This document shows positions 1-12,605 of a stretch of 64,000 bases of DNA, one piece after another (position 1 is the stretch's first letter; each line of letters begins with the position of its first letter). The stretch is from contig OX597834.1 in NCBI GenBank assembly GCA_951406725.2, positions 6,014,001 to 6,078,000 of the forward strand. The letters run 5' to 3'. The notes under the pieces were generated by a model. It saw only the letters and a list, made by a program, of their open reading frames with translations, was not told the DNA's origin and searched no databases. The translations under genes and the position numbers were made by a program. The stretch comes from Octopus vulgaris (lineage: Eukaryota).

Positions 1-213
1 TTATGCTTTAAAATGGAATAAAAAATGATGTTAAATTATTTTTAAAATCGTAGACTCATCGTTGACGCGCGCTAATAGTCAGACGGGCTTGATAAGAATC
101 ACGACTATAAGATACCCGAATTTGGTTAAACTGCACCGCAAAATGTGGGAGGAGTTAGGAATCTAAATCGAAGGGGACAGACACTCACACAACTAGAGTT
201 TTATATATATAGA
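1..213 (-). mobile_element. 5' portion of a non-autonomous Helitron-like element (runs off the window)
   Basis: Ends in ...ttttatatatatagat, like the copies at 221-579 and 62141-62539; this reads 5'-(A)TC.. on the minus strand. Confidence 0.4.
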
Positions 214-220
214 TATATAT

Positions 221-579
221 ACTAGCAGTTAAGCCCAGTTTCACCCAGTCTGTTTGGATGATGTGGCTGTGATCGTTTTTGGTTAGGCATAATCTATATC
301 AGCGTTTCTCAACCTTATCATTTCGGGTCCCCTGTTTCGATTGAAGCCTTCAGCTGTATGAAAATTTCTCCCCCCACCCACATCAGAAAACAGCTTCAGA
401 TCGATTTTCTTGGTAAGTATGGGGGCTAGGAAAAAAAATACAAACTGCATTCCAATCTATGCACCCGTCTTCACATGTGTGCTATTTTTCATATGAATCC
501 ACCCAGCCATTTGGCTGTGAACCTCAAGACAAGAAAGAATACAACGATTGCCAATGTCCAATTTATATTATAGAAGATA
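221..579 (-). mobile_element. Non-autonomous Helitron-like element
   Basis: Minus strand starts TC, ends with a degenerate subterminal hairpin region followed by CTAG|T (plus strand actagcagttaagcccagtttcacccag); no TIR or TSD. Confidence 0.5.
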
Positions 580-584
580 TAATA

Positions 585-1052
585 TGAGAAAGATATGCCA
601 TAATATACATCTGGAAGATCCTAGAAGGACTTGTCCCAAACTTTGGCATCGAGAGTTACACAAATACTAGAACTGGGTGCCATTGCATAGTGCCAAGGAC
701 TCCAAATTTGCCATCAAGTTGTAGGACAAGATACTGTGATAGCCTGGGCTTTAGAGGCCCACAGCTCTTCAATATCCTCTCGAAGAACCTGAGAGACCTG
801 CATGGGGTGGATGCAGATGTCTTTAAAATAAAACTGGATCTCTTTTTATGTCAGATGTCCCAGATGAACCAACTTCACGGCAGGAGGTGCAGATGAAGGC
901 AGCTGCATCAAACTCTCTCATGCACCAAATGGCAATTGCTAAAAAGCATTTGTGAAGTAAAATCATGTAGCAACACCAAATGGCGGTGCCCCAGAATGGC
1001 CACAGCTCGTGAGCTGAAACTAGATAAAATAAAAAAATAAATAAAAATAAGA
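585..1052 (+). mobile_element. 3' fragment of a CR1/L2-group LINE (ORF2 C-terminus plus 3' tail)
   Basis: Translates ERYAIIYIWKILEGLVPNFG...SLGFRGPQLFNILSKNLRDLHGVDADVFKIKLDLFL, typical of the post-RT region of CR1/L2-type ORF2; ends in an A-rich tail. Confidence 0.7.
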
Positions 1053-1057
1053 TTATA

Positions 1058-1128
<71 letters not shown>
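1058..1128 (+). repeat. (GATA)n microsatellite
   Basis: Direct reading. Confidence 0.95.
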
Positions 1129-1129
<1 letters not shown>

Positions 1130-3792
1130 GGACTGTTTGCAATTAAGGAGTTAGTTTCATTCCAACCACATAGTTTCATTTTTAGTCTCATCATGCCTGT
1201 AAACTGGCAATATCCAGTCCAAATGTTCTATCTATTTTATATTGTAACTGGCCAGATCTTGCTTCTCAGACTTATTCTGCTATGTCAATCTTAAGATAAG
1301 TAATCCCTTCATTAAAATATTTAAAACTACAAGATAATCCAAGATCAATTCCAAAAACGAGGAAAACATGAATGAGCTCTTCATTTGAGAGAGAGCAATT
1401 TGAATGTTGAAGGGTTTTGGTGAATGCTTTCTACAATAGCACAAGGCTGACCAAAACCTTGTGAGTGGACTCTGTTGATAAAAACTGAACAGAAACCCAT
1501 CATATATCTCTCTCTCTTTCTATATATATCCTCCTCCTCCTCCTCCTCATCATCATCATCGTTTTATATGTCAATAGCATGGGTGCCACTTATGTGTCAT
1601 TGGTGCAGGTGCCTTTTTCATGCCCCTGGCACAAGTGCCTTTTTCATGCTGCTGGCACAGGTGCCTTTCGCACATGACCGGCACCAGTCATGGCTACAAT
1701 TTCCCTTAGCTTGACATGTCTTTTCAAGCAGAGCAATTCACCAGAAATCTCAATTACTTGTCATCACCTCTGTGTGACTTCACATCCGAAGACCACATTT
1801 CTCCACATCATCCAAAGTCTTCCTGGGTCTACCTCTTCCACAGGTTCATTCCACAATTATAGACCAGCACAGCAAAAAAAAAAAAAATGTAGTTCTAGGT
1901 GCATTAGATCCAAAACACAGATTAGAATACCTTTGATCATAGGCAGCTCTGTCTCAGGGTTAAAATGGAGCTAAACAAGAGCAGCATCAACATGTGTGAA
2001 TATATTTTAAAAGAAATGTATGTGAAGTTAAACTCTATTTATAAAATGCGTTGGTGGATAATAGATGGAATTACATTGCATATCAAATATGTTAAAACGT
2101 ATATTATACATATAAACTACACAATTTAAGTATGTTAGAAATTATATCAAATATACAACTGCTTGCCAAATTTGTAGCTGTACATTGTGGATTTTGGAAT
2201 TTAGACTTAAAGCTCTAAACATGATAGAAAATTTACAAGTATTATTGAAAGAAATACCTCACATCTATAATAATGCAATTCATGTAACTATTGCAAAAGT
2301 GGGTTGCCTGATCTTGGCTTGACTTTACAAGCATACGAGAATGTATAAAATATAGCATATGAGCAAAAGTATATACAGAGTTATATTGCAAATGCATAAA
2401 AATACTATGAACAAGAAGATAATATTCAAAACATTTAGTTCCACCGTCTACAACGGTACCAATAATTTGGCTCCTTATTGAATGGATATCTTACAATCAT
2501 CTCCCAGAACTATTTCAGTCTTTATGCTGCACCAGTTAGTAACAGTCATGGAAAAAATGTTGAGAAAATTATAGTCCCAAGAAAATATATAAATGCGTTG
2601 CCAAAAGGCAGTGAAGTAATTTTAGAGTATTTCCAACTTAAAAAATTACAAGATATATATATAATAAAAAATTTTCCTTTCATGAATTCAGAAGATTATT
2701 TTCTAAATCATAGTTTATAATCTTTTAACACCTTTCCCTATCGAATGATATTTTTGCAACAAATTTACATTGTAGAAGTGAAATAGCCAACTGGGTATAT
2801 CTGACAACCAGTTTATAAATCTTGAGTTCTCGTTAACACACATACAGGATTTCAGATACACAGCTAGGCACTGGCTGTGTCGTTTCTTCTTGCCTAACTG
2901 CTAAGTTAAAAACAATATGTATTATATTTAGAAACGCTGTGTTAGAATTACAAGAGGCAGATCAACATGGTTTGATTTTCTTAAAGGTATCAGCAGTAGG
3001 AATATTAGTAAAATGGTTAAAAATTGAAATTTGGTCTCAGGTTTGATTAACCTTCAGACAATCCCCACTTTATATTTTACAATTCCATACTGCATTATAG
3101 AAAAGTACCTCCTCCTCTTCTTCTTCCTCCTCCTCCTCCTCGCCACTGCCACCACACCACCACCACTGCCATTTAATGTCAACTTTCCCATGCTTGTATG
3201 GGTCAGATGAAATTTGTTGAGTCGGATTTTCTATGACTGGGTGGTCCCTTTTTGTTGCCAATCTTCACTTATTTCTAAGCAAGGTAATATTTCCCCATGG
3301 CCAGACGGGGGCCAGTCAGGTGGTACTGGCAATGACCTCACTCGAATCTTTTTACATGTGCCACTGGCACAGGTGCCAGTGAAGTGACGTTGGTAACGAT
3401 CACGCTCAAATGGTGCCCTTTTTACGTGCCACGGGTACAGAAACCAGTTGGGTACGGAAGCCAACTTCTAAAGTTAAGAATGATATAAGCACTCTAAATC
3501 ACCATTCTTGAGTTACATACAAAATGAGACCCTGCTGTGTCTGATAGGATACCTTCTTTTGTTGTTTACTTGTTTTAGTCACTAGACTCTGGCCATGCTG
3601 GGGCACCACCTTGAAGAATTTTAGTTGAATGAATAGATCTTGGTGCTTTTTTTCTTTTTTTAAAGCCTGGTACTTATTCTGCAGGGGTCTTTTGCTGAAC
3701 CACTCAGTTACAGGGATGTATACAAAAGGTCACCAGTTGCTAAGTGACATTGGGGGACAAACACAGACACAAAAACACACACATAGGTAGTA

Positions 3793-5022
3793 TTGGGTCA
3801 TCCCATAAATAATGGAGCTTTTTCGATTGCATGAACTAAAAGTTGGAGTGAGACAGGATAAACTACCTCCATCAACTTTCTATAAAAGCAGGTAGAAATT
3901 TTACCTTATATTTATTCTTAGTGCAAGTTTTGAAGAGTGCAGTTTGATTTTAACAGTTATTTTTTCAAAGTTATAATGGAAGTGACAAAGGAAGACATTT
4001 AGCATATTTTGCTTGATGAGTTCAATAAAAGCAACAAAACAATGGAAAGTGCAAGGAATATTAATGGAGTAAGTGTAAGCCAGTGTCAATAGTGGTTCCA
4101 GAAATTCTGAGCCAGAAACTACAGCCTAGAAGATGAGTCTCATCCTGGAAGATCTGTAGAGCTCGACAAGGGCATTCTGCAAACCCTGGTGGAACAAAAT
4201 CCCATCATAACTATTGGGGTACTAGCAGAGAAACTTAGATTTGGTCATTCAACCATTCATTGACACCTCTGTGCCATCAGAAAAGTTAGCAAATTGGGTC
4301 AATGGGTTCCTCACAAACTTTCCGAGTCAAATCATGCTCTTCTTTGCTATCACATCTCATGAATCTACCTTTTTTTTTGGCCCAAATAGTGACTGGTGAT
4401 AAAAAATGGGTTCTCTGTAAAAATGTCAAGCACTGAAGACAGTGGGTAAGGGAAGGAGAAACACCAGCACTCCAGGTCTTCACACACATAAGGTGTTATC
4501 TGTTTGGTCGGATATGAAAGGTTTAGTCCACTTTGAACTTTTAAACTCAAACCAAATGATAGCAAAGGCGATCTACTGTGAGCAGCTTCATCAGCTTAAG
4601 TCAGTACTAGAAGAAAAATGACCATCTTTGGTTTCAAGACGAAAGGTGTTCTTCCATCAGGATAATGTTCGCCCACATGCAGTGAGGATGACATTCCAAA
4701 GGCTGGAGCAGTTTGAATGGGAAATGATGACCCACCCACCATATTCGCCGGACATTGCCTCATCTGGTTATCATTTATTCCGCAGTCTTCAAAATCATTT
4801 GAACAGAAAAAATATGAATTTTGTACAGAAGGTCAGAACAGTATTTTTCGTCATGGACAAGAGAATTTTGGAAGATGGGGCCTTGCAAGTCTATCAGATA
4901 GATGTAAGTGCATTGTAGAAAAGGAAGGAGAGTATATTTTAGATTAAAAAAGAACTTTGTGTATCCTAATTTTGAAAAATAAAAGAAGTATAAAAAGACT
5001 ACATTATATAGAGACGACCCAA
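3793..5022 (+). mobile_element. Full-length but decayed mariner (DD34D) DNA transposon, ~1.23 kb
   Basis: Imperfect TIRs ttgggtcatcccataaataatg / cattatatagagacgacccaa with TA on both sides; motifs WVPHKL, VTGDKKWV, FHQDNVRPH, HPPYSPDIASSGYHLF in broken frames. Confidence 0.9.
3990..4947 (+). pseudogene. Mariner transposase pseudogene (frameshifts, stops, third catalytic D changed to G)
   Basis: ORF 4628..4918 carries HQDNVRPH and HPPYSPDIASSGY; ORF 4717..4947 ends with the typical KCIVEKEGEY C-terminus. Confidence 0.85.
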
Positions 5023-5151
5023 TATTTATGTATATATATATATATAGTTAATCCAAACAAGAAAAGACAAAAAAACAAAAAAACACAACAACACGAGGAC
5101 GTGGAACAAATAAAGTATTATTGGACGCTCAGGAAAGAAGGAAAGAAGGAG

Positions 5152-5187
5152 GGTTTAACGTTTCGAGCGGAGCTCTTCGTCGAAAAC
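5152..5187 (-). ncRNA. Degenerate minimal type I hammerhead motif (same family as 57950-58295)
   Basis: Minus strand gttt-TCGACGA-a-gagc-tcc-gctc-GAAA-cg-TT-aaac; core deviates from CUGANGA. Confidence 0.5.
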
Positions 5188-5473
5188 ATAGGAGAAGGAA
5201 AGATCCAGAGAAGGGGAGACAGAGGAAAAAAAATCGCCAACGGTACACATGCGGTCACATTTTGAATGACCGGATATATATACAACAGGCTTTCTTTCAG
5301 TTTTTGTCTACCAAATCCACTCACAAGGATTTCTTCTGTCTGAGGCTATAGTAGAAGACACCTGCTCAAGGTCCCACAGAGTGGATTGAACCCAAGACCA
5401 CATAACCATGCCTGCAACACTGATGAGATATATTTCCTTTAAAGTGACAGTAATTTTGATAACTATTGATAAC

Positions 5474-5890
5474 AGCGCAGGAGTGGCTGTGTGGTAAGTA
5501 GCTTGCTAACCAACCACATGGTTCCGGGTTCAGTCCCACTGCTTGGCATCTTGGGCAAGTGTCTTCTGCTATAGCCTCGGGCCGACCAATGCCTTGTGAG
5601 TGGATTTGGTAGACGGAAACTGAAAGAAGCCTGTCGTATATATGTATATATATATATAAGTGTGTGTGTGTGTGTGTTTGTGTGTCTGTGTTTGTCCTCC
5701 TAGCATTGCTTGACAACCAATGATGGTGTGTTTACGTCCCCGTCACGTAGCGGTTCGGCAAAAGAGACCGATAGAATAAGTGCTGGGCTTACAAAGAATA
5801 AGTCCCGGTGTCGATTTGCTCAACTAAAGGCGGTGCTCCAGCATGGCCGCAGTCAAATGGCTGAAACAAGTAAAAGAGAGAAAGAGAGTA
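5474..5890 (+). mobile_element. tRNA-derived SINE family A (representative). Other copies approx. 6760-7170+, 9515-10070+, 14220-14635-, 18570-18930-, 23238-23555+, 25270-25700-, 26185-26600+, 27550-27975-, 32510-32905-, 33375-33670+, 45180-45590-, 46215-46635-, 47560-47985+, 49835-50240-, 51330-51765+, 52218-52625+, 60565-61100+, 61700-62100-
   Basis: A-box tggctgtgtgg, B-box ggttcagtcc, CORE-like ccttgggcaagt, internal (TA)n(TG)n, tail ggcggtgctccagcatggccgcagtcaaatgactgaaacaagtaaaagag; repeated many times on both strands. Confidence 0.9.
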
Positions 5891-7269
5891 ACCTGGGCTA
5901 GCAATCAGGATGTTGGCTCTGAGTTTGGAAGATTAGCTTTTGGAAAAACAGGAAGTAGAAGACGACAAAATATTACAATCATCGATGGCTGGAACTGATA
6001 ACATCAGCATTATTATAGAGGAATTGAAGTGCAAGCAGAGAAGAAAGGTGGGCAAAATGTTTTTAGCTGTAGTTATAGAAGGAAATGTAATTATAAAATT
6101 CATTTCTTGTAGAGTTATAAACTCAATAATGACAAACTTAATTGCTATAAAACGACAGGAGGAGACCCTTCTGTTATCTGTTTGCAAAGAAGCAAATCAT
6201 ACAGGAATGACCTCAGCAGGTCGTCCCAGTACTAAATTATTCTATAGCTTAATAATTATGCCAATCATTGGCAACTTTTGAATGCAAAAGAGCAGTTGGT
6301 TATGATAATTTTGTTTTTTACCAAAATATGATGGGTGTAATTTTATTCCTCGAATTTGTAAACATTGCGCAAATAATAATGATGTTGATATTTCCCTAGG
6401 TTTGGGCAAGCCTACAACAATAAATCAGGCCCCTGCAGCTCTTTTGCTGCACAGCAATCAGCTGACTCCCCTAACTGGTACTGTGCCACTTCGTACCCTG
6501 GTTGATGGTCCACAACGAGCTGCCAGCAAACCTGGCAATGACAACAAAGAAAGAGAAAAATTCTATGAGCTGGTAAAGTGGGGAGTATTAACACTTGCAG
6601 TATATTCCCAGGGAAAACTCCAAAATGTTTATTTCCTTTTAAAACATTTCCTTCAGAGAAAACTACATTTAACTAACAAAAGGAAACAAAAAAGGCAGAT
6701 TAGCTAATTTTCACATAGCTTAGTGAAATCTGGGAAGAATATTTACGATATTTACAATAGGTGCAGGAGTGACTGTGTTGTAAGTAGCTTGCTAACCAAC
6801 CACATGGTTGCGGGTTCAGTCCCACTGTGTGGCACCTTGGGCAAGTGTCTTCTACTATAGCCTCGGGCCGACCAAAGCCTTGTGAGTGGATTTGGTAGAC
6901 GGAAACTGAAAGAAGCCCGTCGTATATGTGTATATATATGTATATATGTGTGTGTGTGTGTGTGTGTTTGTCCCTCCAACATCGCTTGACAACCGATGCT
7001 GGTGTGTTTATGTCCCCATCATGTAGCGGTTCAGCGAAAGAGACCGATAGAATAAGTACTGGGCTTACAAAGAATAAGTCCTGGGGTTGAGTTGCTCGAC
7101 TTTAAAGGCGGTGCTCCAGCATAGCCGCAGTCAAATGACTGAAACAAGTAAAAGAGAAAAGAGAAAGAGAGAATACTGTAAAAATCCTTTATTTTAGTAA
7201 ATTAATGATCATTTATATGTCATCTCAACAACTGCAAAGTTACACCCTGGAGATACTGAAGAATTAAGG

Positions 7270-8010
7270 AAAAGCAAGTAAATAGAAAATATGCGATTGT
7301 GGATTTGGAAAATGGAGAAAAAGGATTGTTGATCCAAGGAAAACCGTTGGTTGTGTGGGTTTGCTTATCACTGAGAAACAGATAAATAGCTATACTCCTC
7401 ACCAACACAAAGAGTGAAAAATAAAAACAGAAACAATGTTTGGAGATAGTGAAAAGGGAACACTTAAGATCAGATTAATCAGCCTCAAACACAAGCTAAA
7501 AACCATCAGAGGAAAACATTGGCATCAGAGGAGAGCAACTGAAAGAGAAATAATTAGCAAAGAATTTAAGTGAAACCAATCGGCTATATACAGAGATATG
7601 AGGTGGCAATCGATATATATGCCACAGAGGATCTTTCTCGGAAAAATACAGAATCACTCTAGAGAAAAATCTGGAGTGAAGTGAAGGAGCTTAATCGGAA
7701 TACAGGATGGTTAGAAGAAATCTAGAGCAAATATTGTCAGTGTATTAAACCAAAAGTGTATGGCATCAATGGTGAAACACTGTGATTCAAGAACTTCAAG
7801 ATGGAAAGAGACTTTATTGTTGGGTACTGGTATGACAAAAAAATCAAAACTTTCTATTGGGAGTATCTTATTGGCCATTACCAGCTCACTCTCAATGAAG
7901 ATATAAACATGCTAAGTTGTTTGTGGCACAGGCAGAAACAAAACCGATACTAAAAAAACATGCAGAGAAAAAAAAAACCAATACCATTCATCCAGTTGCA
8001 TACCAGAATC
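7270..8010 (+). pseudogene. Highly decayed non-LTR retrotransposon fragment (region upstream of RT, R4/Dong-like)
   Basis: A-rich coding-like sequence with remnants such as IWSE..LNRNTGWLEE, GYWY and HPVA; many stops. Confidence 0.3.
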
Positions 8011-8096
8011 ACCATCATCATCATCATCATCATCATCGTTTAACGTCCGTTTTCCATGCTAGCATGTAAATATATATATATATGTACATATATGTA

Positions 8097-8306
8097 GGGG
8101 TGCTGAAAAATTCCTGGCTTTAAGGTTATTGCAAAAGGCCTGTTTCGAAGCCCAGCCATCTGAGTTCTTTTACAAGGCTTAGAAAAACCAAAGGACCACT
8201 GCAATAAGTGTGTGATTGTGAGAGGGGAATATGTTGAATAAAATCATAATTAACTGATTCTTCTGTATTTTCTTTTACTGAAAACCAGGAACTTTTCAGC
8301 ATCCTC
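8097..8306 (+). mobile_element. Mariner-derived MITE
   Basis: TIRs ggggtgctgaaaaattcctgg / ccaggaacttttcagcatcctc with TA TSD; retains a transposase C-terminal remnant KCV..RGEYVE*. Confidence 0.75.
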
Positions 8307-8889
8307 TAATACAACAATCATCCACAAAGATGGAGCAGTCACCATATTTGATGTGCTTTTGTATAATTTCTATCCACAAGATGTTGGTCAGCCCAAGTTA
8401 ATCATGGAATCCATTTAACCAAGGTGATGTGGGGTGTGATCAAGCACTCTACCTTGAAATTGCCAAACAAGCACCTTAACTGCAGAGCAATTTCTGAGCC
8501 CATTTAATACCTTTAAAGCGAATGAATTGTAGTATTTATAAAATGTAATTTTATAAAAACCAAGTAACCAATTTTAAATTAGAATTGCACTTGTCAGTTG
8601 AAGATATTTTTAATGCAATAAGTTTTATGATCCGAAAGAAAGTGATGACAGAATTTGTGATTAAATTCCAAGTTTAAAAAGGAATAAGTGGTTTTATTTG
8701 GTTCAGCATCTTGTCATTCTCCCTTTAAATTCAATTTTAAAATTAATAAGATGACAGTGAAATTTTCACAAATTTGGCCAACTGCAAACGTTTTTAATTA
8801 ATTAGCTTTTGGGATATTCATTACCCTTATAGGAAATCATTTTGAGGTACTGTAACTTATCCTTGATTCCCTTCGTAATTATATATACA

Positions 8890-9258
8890 GCCCAATGGTT
8901 AGGGCAGTGGACTCGCGGTCGTAGGATCGTGGTTTCGATTCCCAGACCAGGCGTTGTGAGTGTTTATTGAGCGAAAACACCTAAAGCTCCACAAGGCTCC
9001 GGCAGGGATGGTGGTGATCCCTGCTGTACTCTTTCACCACAACTTTCTCTCACACTTACTTCCTGTTTCTGTTGTACCTGTATTTCAAAGGGCCGGCCTT
9101 GTCACTCTCTGTCTCACGCTGAATATCCCCGAGAACTACGCTAAGGGTACACGTGTCTGTGGAGTGCTCAGCCACTTACACGTTAATTTCATGAGCAAGC
9201 TGTTCCGTTGATCGGATCAACCGGAACCCTCATCGTCGTAACCGACGGAGTGCTTCCA
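8890..9258 (+). mobile_element. tRNA-derived SINE family C (other copies 15190-15430+ variant, 44468-44860-, 47130-47520+, 54262-54649+, 60319-60430 fragment)
   Basis: Head tggcccagtgg (A box) ... ggtttcgattcc (B box); conserved 3' cgtaaccgacggagtgcttcca. TSDs are visible at other copies: actctgcccaa at 54.25/54.65 kb and aaattgaa(t/c)cca at 47.12/47.52 kb. Confidence 0.9.
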
Positions 9259-9729
9259 TTCCCATATATACTCCCATCTACAGCAGTGATTCCCAACGCG
9301 GGGTTTGGGAAAATTGTGGTGGCACATGGGATCCGAAATATTTTTGTCTTTTTTTTGTTTTTGTAGCAGAACATGGAAACACACTATACCGATACTCACC
9401 CTAGCCAAACCAATCCCTGCTACCAAGCATACTGTGTGAAGACTGTCTGCTACAGTACAGGGATATTCTAATGCCATGGTGTGGATATTTCTTTAAGAAA
9501 ATATATATAACATAGCAGTGGCTGTGTGGTAAGTAGCTTGCTTATGAACCACATGGTTCCGGGTTCAGTCCCACTGCGTGGCACCTTGGGCAAGTGTCTT
9601 CTGCTATAGCCTCGGGCCAACCAAAGCCTTGTGAGTGGATTTGGTAGACGGAAACTGAAAGAAGCCCGTCACATATATGTATATGTATATATATATCCAT
9701 GTGTGTGCATATGCTGGTGTGTTTACGTC

Positions 9730-9808
9730 CTGATGAGAAATCTGCATAATGTACTCCTTATTCCTTCAGAATTAGGAATATGCAGCCTTCGAAACATATG
9801 TCGAAATT
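9730..9808 (+). ncRNA. Type I hammerhead core (stem I 5' arm lost) inside a ~140-bp insert in a SINE
   Basis: CTGATGA-gaa..ctgcata/tatgcag..ttc-GAAA-catatg-TC. Confidence 0.65.
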
Positions 9809-10602
9809 AAGGATATTTGTTAACTAGTCGTTCAACTCCATTCTTTCATATACTTATAATTTTAAAATATATGTATATATATATATCCATGTGTGTGTAT
9901 ATGCTGGTGTGTTTACGTCCCATAACTTAGCGGTTCGGCAAAAGAGACCGACAGAATAAGTACTAGGCTTACAAAGAATAAGTCCTGGGGTCGATTTGCT
10001 AAACTAAAGGCGGTGCTCCTGCATGGCCACAGTCAAATGACTGAAACAAGTAAAAGAGTAAAAGAGTAAAACTTTGAAATATTAAAAATAAAGTTGTTTT
10101 TTCCTTTCCAACTGCTGATGGGGACATACATTTTTCTGGATAGATATAGTAGGGCCTGGGGGAAAATGAATTAGGAAACACTGATCTACAATGTTTGTTA
10201 ACCTTTCACATGCATGTATCCTTTCATGTAGCTGATATTTTATGTTAGACTTGGAGAAAATCCAGAGACACATTGAACATTGGGAATATGACAACCTCAC
10301 TGATCAAATAGGACAGCAACTTTGCAGGCAGTTTAAAATACTTGCTTCAAATTTTGGCAAAAGCTCCATAATTTTAAAAGGGAATGGTTTAGTATTTGAC
10401 TAGTATTGTATTTTATCAACCGCAGGGGGAATGAAAGGCAAAGTCGGCCTTGGCAGGAATTGAACTCAGAATGCAAAGTGCTGAATGAATGCCACCAAAC
10501 ACATTTTTCCAATGCTCCAATAACTCTGCCAGCTCACTACATTAATGGTTTCAAATTTTGGCACAAGGCCAGAAATTTTAGGAGAGAGGTTACATTGATT
10601 GC

Positions 10603-11378
10603 TGGCAGAAACGTTAGCATGCCGGGTGAGATGCATAGCTGTATTTCATCTGCCGTTACGTTCTGAGTTCAAATTCCGTCGAGGTCAACTTTGCCTTTCA
10701 TTCTTTCGGGGTTGATTAAATAAGTACCAGTTACGTACGCACTGGGGTCGATGTAATCGACTTAATCCATTTGTCTGTCCTTGTTTGTCCCTTCTGTGTT
10801 TGGCTCCTTGTGGGTAGTAAAGAAATAGGTATTTCACCTGTCGTTACGCTCTGAATTCAAATTCCACTGACGTCAACTTTGCCTTTTATCCTTTCAGGGT
10901 CGATAAATAAAGTACCAGTTTCACACTAGGGTCGATATAATCGACTAAATCCATTTGTCTGTCCTTGTTTGTCCTCTCTGTGTTTAGCCCCTTGTGGGTA
11001 GTAAAGGAATAGGTATTTCGTCTGCCACTGCATCCTGAGTTCAAATTCCATCGAGGTCAACTTTACCTTTCATCCTTTCGGGGTTGATTAAATAAGTACC
11101 AGTTACGCACTGGAGTTGAGGTAATCGACGTAATCCGTTTGTCAGTCCCTGTTTGCCCCCTCTGTGTTTAGCCCCTTATGGGTAGTAAAGAAATAGGTAT
11201 TTCGTCTGCTGTTACGTTCTGAGTTCAAATTCCGCGGAGGTCAACTTTGCCTTTCATCCTTTCGGAGTTAATAAATTAAGTACCAGTTATGCACTGGGGT
11301 TGATATAATTGACTTAATCCGTTTGTCTGTCCTTGTTTGTCCCTTCTGTGTTTAGCCCCTTGTGGGTAGTAAAGAAAT
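10603..11378 (+). mobile_element. Tandem tetramer of SINE family B (~180-bp period) with a 16-bp TSD
   Basis: Four copies of ...gagttcaaattcc...gcctttcatcctttcggggtcgat...gtaaagaaata; aggttacattgattgc at 10587-10602 and 11379-11394. Confidence 0.85.
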
Positions 11379-12097
11379 AGGTTACATTGATTGCACTGAG
11401 CCCAGTACTCAGCTGGTACTTAATTTATCGATTCCCAAAAGGATAAAAGGCAAAGCTGACCTCAGCAGGATTTGAACTCAGAACCTAAAATGACACACTG
11501 AAATTCCATAAATAACAAACCTAAAATAAAACTCAGAGTATGATGGGCCAGGTGAAATGTTGCTAATGATTCTGCCAGTTGAGTGCCTTCAGTGTCTTTG
11601 ACTCTTACTCTCATGTGCGGTTCTCCATGTCTTAACTCCTCCTTGTTCATCGAAGGATTTGGTAAAAGAGACTAAAAGCGAGTGAGTTTAGAATGCAATA
11701 ACTTTCATGAAGCCTTCTAGGTGTCTACATGACCTTGAAATGTTACGGGTCATATCCTGTGGAACCCGTTTGTGGACCTAGTGACGAGGCATGTTTTTTT
11801 CAAGTGCTTCATGAACAAGTGTCTACCATGGATTGGAACAATCTTTTGACATTAAGAATTAAAATAATCCTTTCCAATAGAGGCACAAGGCCTGAAATTT
11901 TAGGGGAGGAGGGAGAAAGTCAATTGTATCGATCCAGGGCTCAACCGGTATTTGTTTCATCAATCCTGGGGAGATGAAATGAAATTCAGCCTCCTTGGTA
12001 TTTGAACTCAATGTAATTACAGAAAAAGTGCTGCCAAGCACTGGTATACTAACAGTTTGACCAACTCGCCACTTTAATCGGCTGAAAATAAAGCATT

Positions 12098-12520
12098 CAT
12101 CATCATCATCATCGTTTAACATCTGCTTTCCATACTAGCATGGGTTGGACGATTTGACTGAGGGCTGGCAAACTAGATGGCTGCACCAGGCTCCAGTCTG
12201 ATCTGGCAGTGTTTCTACAGCTGGATGCCCTTCCTACCACTCCAAGAGCGTAGTGGGTGCTTTTACATGCCACCAGCACGGGGCCAGTCAGGCGGTACTA
12301 GCAAAGACCTTGCTCGAATCTTTTACATATGCCACTGGCACAGGTGCCAGTAAGGCGATGCTGGTAACAATCACACTCGAATGGTGTCTTTTAGATGCCA
12401 CCGACACGGAGGCCAGATAGTCGCTCTGGCAATGATCATGCTCATGTGGTGCTCTTAATACCCTACTAGCACAGGGCTTGAGTGCTATTAAGGCGATGCT
12501 GGTAACAATCACACTCAAAT
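12098..12520 (-). mobile_element. (GAT)n-tailed SINE family D with internal ~60-bp subrepeats (other copies 1550-1860, 3170-3460, 13230-13545+, 14760-14985+, 15905-16370-, 17708-17860-, 49310-49520+)
   Basis: Conserved ccaacccatgctagcatggaaagcggacgttaaacgatgatg tail and ggcattaggaagggcatccagc block. Confidence 0.75.
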
Positions 12521-12534
12521 CGTTATTATTATTA

Positions 12535-12605
<71 letters not shown>

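Noticed and set aside
2478-2720. 80-aa ORF in coding-like AT-rich sequence
   Set aside because: Non-ATG start, no recognisable motif and no clear splice sites; cannot be supported without a homology search
5366-5716. Recurrent ORFs of the type MSSNARGTNTDTQT...SVSVYQIHSQG...EDTCPRCHAVGLNPEPCGW
   Set aside because: Antisense translations of SINE family A, not a gene family
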